Virus genome (UHGV): UHGV-0168719
Length of the DNA stretch: 19,923 bases
Strand: one strand, 5' to 3'
Origin: a virus
The translations under genes were made by a program, and so were the position numbers. A model generated the notes under the pieces. That model did not search any database. It saw nothing but the letters and a program-made list of their open reading frames with translations, and was not told the origin of the DNA. Positions 16,457 through 19,923 of the stretch are shown here, in pieces. Each line of letters starts with the position of its first letter. Position 1 is the first letter of the stretch.

Positions 16457-17613
16457 CAGTGAAATACTACGCCATTCTGACTAATCAGGGCGCAGCACGC
16501 CTGGCTAACGCGACGATGCTCGGCAGTAAGCTGAATCTGACGCAAATGGCCGTTGGTGATGCGAATGGTGTCTTGCCGACACCAGACCCGGCACAGACAA
16601 AACTGATTAATCAGAAACGCATTGCACCGCTGAATCTTCTGAGTGTTGACCCGAACAACCAGAGCCAGATTATTGCGGAGCAAATCATCCCTGAGAACGA
16701 GGGCGGATTCTGGATCCGTGAGATTGGGCTTTATGATGATGAAGGCGTACTCATTGCGGTGGCGAACTGCCCGGAAACGTACAAACCGCAGTTGCAGGAA
16801 GGAAGTGGTCGTACCCAGACTATCCGCATGATTCTGGTTGTCACGAATACCGAAGCTATTACGCTGAAAATCGACCCGTCGGTGGTATTGGCGACCCGTA
16901 AATACGTGGATGATGAAGTCCTGGAATTAAGGCTGTATGTGGATGACCAGATGAGAAAACACATTGCCGCACAGGACCCTCATACCCAGTATGCACAGAA
17001 ACATAATCCGACATTTACCGGAGAACCAAAAGCGCCGACGCCTGCCGCAGGAAATAACACCACGCGGATTGCGACCACTGCGTTTGTACAGGCCGCTATT
17101 ACCGCTCTGATTAACGGTGCGCCAGCCACACTGGACACACTGAAAGAAATTGCCGCGGCCATTAACAATGACCCGAAATTCAGCACCACCATTAACAATG
17201 CGCTGTCAGGTAAGCAGCCACTGGATGAGACGCTGACTCATTTGAGTGGAAAGGATGTTGCCGGTCTTCTCGCATACCTTGGTTTGGGAGAAGCGGCGAA
17301 AAGGAATGTGGGGACTGGGGCGAATCAGATACCTGATATGTCATCATATGCATCAGGTTCAGGCTGGCGAAAAATGCCAGATGGTTCAATTGAACAGTGG
17401 GGAGGAATTCGTTTTCCTGGTGAACACGAGCCTGTATCCGCCAATGTTTCATTCCCAATTCCATTTACACAGACACCGGACATTATAATTGTGTTCGATG
17501 GTGGTTTCGGGGGCGGGAATATGTGGGGGGCGACCAACTGGAGCACTACCGGCTTCATAGCTCACTGCAATTATGGTCTTGAAGGTGGTGCGTTTTTCGC
17601 TAAGGGCTGGTAA
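16453..17613 (+). CDS. H: Tail fibre protein H in its current orientation: constant N-terminal part plus short variable C-terminus
   Basis: N-terminus resembles P2 H (MAVGD..G.LP.PD, GGFW.RE.GLYDD.G.LIAVAN, GSGR.QT.RM...). The reading frame runs through the left crossover site (17267-17292, encoding LAYLGLGE) into a 107-aa C-terminus unrelated to the P2 H tail. Confidence 0.9.
   Translation: MTVKYYAILTNQGAARLANATMLGSKLNLTQMAVGDANGVLPTPDPAQTKLINQKRIAPLNLLSVDPNNQSQIIAEQIIPENEGGFWIREIGLYDDEGVLIAVANCPETYKPQLQEGSGRTQTIRMILVVTNTEAITLKIDPSVVLATRKYVDDEVLELRLYVDDQMRKHIAAQDPHTQYAQKHNPTFTGEPKAPTPAAGNNTTRIATTAFVQAAITALINGAPATLDTLKEIAAAINNDPKFSTTINNALSGKQPLDETLTHLSGKDVAGLLAYLGLGEAAKRNVGTGANQIPDMSSYASGSGWRKMPDGSIEQWGGIRFPGEHEPVSANVSFPIPFTQTPDIIIVFDGGFGGGNMWGATNWSTTGFIAHCNYGLEGGAFFAKGW
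17267..17292. other. Left crossover site of the invertible segment (26 bp, gix/cix-like)
   Basis: ttctcgcataccttggtttgggagaa matches the reverse complement of the right site at 21 of 26 positions, including 14 consecutive identical bases (ttggtttgggagaa). Confidence 0.7.
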
Positions 17614-18056
17614 TGATGAAATATCTGTACGTAAACAACCTGGCATATCCTTACGAACTTCAGTCTCTTTATGTTGAAAAAGGTGAATGGCCTGAAGAAA
17701 AAGGTGTTGATATAGACGAAGTAATTTTCAGGGAATATTTCTATGATACACCACCAGAAGGAAAATACAGATGTGTCGGAGAGGATGGACTGCCTGCATG
17801 GGCAGATATTCCTCCACCAACACGTGAAGAACAAATTGCATCAGCCGAAACTAAAAAGCAGCAATTGATTAACCAGGCCAACGAATACATCAACAGTAAA
17901 CAATGGCCAGGTAAAGCATCAATTGGTCGTCTGAAAGGTGAGGAACTGGCGCAATATAATTTGTGGCTGGATTATCTGGACGCACTGGAGCTGGTCGATA
18001 CTTCCAGTGCACCAGATATTGAATGGCCTACTCCTCCGGCAGTTCAGGCCAGATGA
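17613..18056 (+). CDS. Tail fibre assembly protein for the current orientation, 147 aa
   Basis: Position directly after H with TAATG coupling and AAGGG RBS; C-terminus LVDTSSAPDIEWPTPP parallels the C-terminus of the opposing tfa (DTSTAPDVIWPELPEE). Confidence 0.85.
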   Translation: MMKYLYVNNLAYPYELQSLYVEKGEWPEEKGVDIDEVIFREYFYDTPPEGKYRCVGEDGLPAWADIPPPTREEQIASAETKKQQLINQANEYINSKQWPGKASIGRLKGEELAQYNLWLDYLDALELVDTSSAPDIEWPTPPAVQAR

Positions 18057-18630
18057 CATCCGGCGCGGTGCTGGTATCTGTTGCCGTCACCGCGTCAATG
18101 TAATCCAGCACGGCGTTAAGTCGGGTTGTTTCTGCCTGCGTCAACTTCCGTCCGGCCTGTAATTTCAGCTGAATCAGACTAATGGAAGCCATTGCTGCAT
18201 TAATCAGTGACTGGCGCTGTGCTTCTGCCGCGTCTAGTGCGGCGCTATGCTGTGCCTCGGTATCCGTCACCCATTTCTCACCATCCCATTTATCGTATGG
18301 CGTTAATGGGGCGATAGTGGTTGTATTTTCAGGGTAATCACCCGGAACTGTGATTTCTTTGGTATCTCCCGTTTCGGTACTATAGACAACTTCACCGCGA
18401 TGGTCTGGCACATATTCCCATGAATTTAAATCTACAGAGCGACAGATTGCATAACCAGCTTTATGTGTACCTGGTGCATCCAGACAGGAACATGCCGGGA
18501 TACCGACGCCGACAGCGAGATATTCAGTTGATGTAGAAATATATTCCCGCGTTTCGCCATCATAGTTATGTACGATGATTTCCCCATCATTTAAAGCGTA
18601 ACCGTCTTTTCCCAAAATAGCCTGTTCCAT
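18028..18630 (-). CDS. Alternative tail fibre assembly protein for the inverted orientation, 200 aa
   Basis: Minus-strand ORF directly downstream of the alternative H cassette; C-terminus resembles the other tfa; its 3' end overlaps the plus-strand tfa by 29 bp. Confidence 0.85.
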   Translation of the reverse strand: MEQAILGKDGYALNDGEIIVHNYDGETREYISTSTEYLAVGVGIPACSCLDAPGTHKAGYAICRSVDLNSWEYVPDHRGEVVYSTETGDTKEITVPGDYPENTTTIAPLTPYDKWDGEKWVTDTEAQHSAALDAAEAQRQSLINAAMASISLIQLKLQAGRKLTQAETTRLNAVLDYIDAVTATDTSTAPDVIWPELPEE

Positions 18631-19142
18631 TTATGCAGCCCTCACAATGTAGTTAAATGCAATGTTTCGCGGGCTACCATCACCGGCGCCGGAACTGACA
18701 TGATTGGTTCTATCCATTCGTTTACTGTCATTTGTTGTTCCACTCCCATCCTTCCACGAATACAATATCCCGCCATCGCCAATGCTCAACTGCACCGCAA
18801 ATACGGATGATGTACCTAATTCACCAACATCTCTAGCCATGAGTGGGTTCCCTGTCCATCCATGCATTTCATGGTTATGTTCAAGGATAGATGCTGCCTG
18901 ACTTGAAAGCAGCAGTCTCGCGGAATCAACACCTCGCCCATCATCCCACCCGCGAATAAACTCACCGCGCAAATCCGGTAATTTTAACTTTGGGTAAGCC
19001 TTTGCCAGTTTTGGGTACTCTTCGGCAGAAAAAGGTGCACCGTTGCATTTCAGCCAGCCTGTTGGTGGTGTGGCTGAAGGCCACGGAACAGGCACACCAA
19101 CGGGTAACGCTGAGCCTTCTCCCAAACCAACGTTTATGAAAA
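18631..19142 (-). CDS. Alternative tail-fibre C-terminal cassette (H'), promoterless, expressed only after inversion
   Basis: Translation from the crossover site (GLGEGSALPVGVPVPWPSATPPTGW ... NIAFNYIVRAA) resembles the P2 H C-terminus; in frame with the GLGE codons of the site. The track ORF runs to 19170 but that extension lies outside the segment. Confidence 0.8.
19117..19142. other. Right crossover site of the invertible segment (26 bp)
   Basis: ttctcccaaaccaacgtttatgaaaa, inverted relative to the left site, about 50 bp upstream of the invertase gene. Confidence 0.7.
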
Positions 19143-19197
19143 TGCAGAGATAACGGGCAACTGGCATCATCTCCGGTTTTTATTCAGGGGGATGCTC

Positions 19198-19791
19198 ATG
19201 CTTATTGGCTATGTGCGCGTGTCAACAAATGACCAGAACACGGAATTGCAGCGTAACGCGCTGGAGTGTGCAGGATGTGAGCTGATTTTTGAGGATAAAA
19301 TCAGCGGCACGAAGTCCGACCGACCGGGACTGAAAAAACTGCTCAGAACATTATCAGCAGGTGACACTCTGGTGGTCTGGAAGCTGGACAGGCTGGGGCG
19401 TAGTATGCGGCATCTGGTCATTCTGGTTGAGGAACTGCGCGAACGCGGCGTTAATTTTCGCAGCCTGACGGATGCCATTGATACCAGCACGCCGATGGGA
19501 CGTTTTTTCTTTCATGTGATGGGTGCCCTGGCTGAAATGGAACGAGAACTCATTGTCGAGCGGACTCGCGCCGGACTGGAAGCGGCCAGAGCTAAAGGTC
19601 GTATTGGTGGCAGACGTCCGAAACTCACCGCGAGTGAGTGGGAGCAGGCCGGGCGGTTGTTGGCTGCAGGGGAATCACGTCAACGCGTGGCACTGATTTT
19701 TGATATTGGCCTGTCCACGCTCTATAAAAAATTCCCCGCCTCCGTGACAAAAAATAAATTGTGTCATCCCTTAGCCAACCGGGACAAATAG
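19198..19791 (+). CDS. Serine DNA invertase (Hin/Gin/Pin/Cin family)
   Basis: MLIGYVRVSTNDQNTELQRNAL with catalytic Ser, ...LVVWKLDRLGRSMRHL..., C-terminal HTH region GRLLAAGESRQRVALIFDIGLSTLYKKFPAS; start taken at ATG 19198 after GGGGGA (the track's ATG 19192 is also possible). Confidence 0.9.
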   Translation: MLIGYVRVSTNDQNTELQRNALECAGCELIFEDKISGTKSDRPGLKKLLRTLSAGDTLVVWKLDRLGRSMRHLVILVEELRERGVNFRSLTDAIDTSTPMGRFFFHVMGALAEMERELIVERTRAGLEAARAKGRIGGRRPKLTASEWEQAGRLLAAGESRQRVALIFDIGLSTLYKKFPASVTKNKLCHPLANRDK

Positions 19792-19850
19792 CCTGACATC
19801 TCCGGCACAACTGAAAATATCACTCACCCATTAACCACGGAGTTAAACGG

Positions 19851-19923
19851 ATGAGTGACTATCATCACGGCGTGCAGGTGCTGGAGATTAACGACGGCAC
19901 CCGCGTCATTTCCACCGTATCCA
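19851..19923 (+). CDS. FI: Tail sheath protein, 5' end only (runs off the window)
   Basis: MSDYHHGVQVLEINDGTRVISTVS matches the P2 FI N-terminus; GGAG RBS upstream. Confidence 0.85.
   Translation, partial: MSDYHHGVQVLEINDGTRVISTVS

Larger units (their letters stand above)
17267..19142. mobile_element. Invertible tail-fibre segment (G/C-segment-like)
   Basis: Two inverted 26-bp crossover sites flank an H C-terminus plus tfa on the plus strand and an alternative H C-terminus plus tfa on the minus strand, with a serine invertase gene immediately downstream. Confidence 0.75.
1..19923. mobile_element. P2-like prophage (partial): right-end cargo locus, cos, and late morphogenesis/lysis genes through the start of FI
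   Basis: Gene order, strand layout and protein lengths match P2 (Q 344 aa, O 284, N 357, M 247, L 169, X 67, Y 93, K 165, lysB 141, lysC 96, R 155, S 150, V 211, W 115, J 302); the P2 cohesive-end sequence is present at 3554-3572; ATGA/TAATG coupled overlaps are typical of phage late operons. Confidence 0.95.

Noticed and set aside
17192-17834. Cluster of short ORFs on both strands over the H C-terminus and tfa start
   Set aside because: Explained by overlapping frames of the H variable domain and tfa; none has an RBS or recognisable product.
19117-19170. N-terminal extension of the H' cassette ORF (MMPVARYLCIFINV...) beyond the crossover site
   Set aside because: Lies outside the invertible segment in the invertase promoter region; the cassette is expressed by fusion to H after inversion, not from this ATG.
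1-19923. CRISPR array, IS element or transposase, integrase/attachment site
   Set aside because: No direct-repeat/spacer periodicity, no transposase-like ORF or terminal inverted repeats, and the integrase end of the prophage is outside the window.

Overview
The window is the late-gene arm of a P2-like prophage from an enterobacterium. The conserved backbone is recognisable gene by gene from the translations: cos, then Q and P on the minus strand, then O-N-M-L-X-Y-K-lysA-lysB-lysC-R-S, V-W-J-I-H with a tail-fibre assembly gene, and the first codons of FI. Three visibly AT-rich insertions interrupt it. (1) 1-3553, immediately left of cos where P2 itself carries tin/old, holds a plus-strand operon (GC-rich structured leader, 51-aa ORF with a perfect RBS, XRE-type HTH protein, ~316-aa retron-type reverse transcriptase) and a convergent 454-aa FRG-domain gene. 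This is the best candidate for an anti-phage system; the RT+HTH core resembles what I recall as the HTH-associated retron class, but the leader shows no canonical a1/a2 repeats or long msd stem, and the small ORF and FRG partner are not part of any described retron I can name. (2) 12920-13959, between S and V, holds a single reverse-oriented 247-aa gene of unknown function with an Rx4H motif. (3) 17267-19142 is a Gin/Hin/Cin-type invertible tail-fibre segment with two 26-bp crossover sites, two convergent tfa genes, an alternative fibre C-terminal cassette and a downstream serine invertase. All calls rest on reading the sequence and remembered family features; no searches or folding computations were run.
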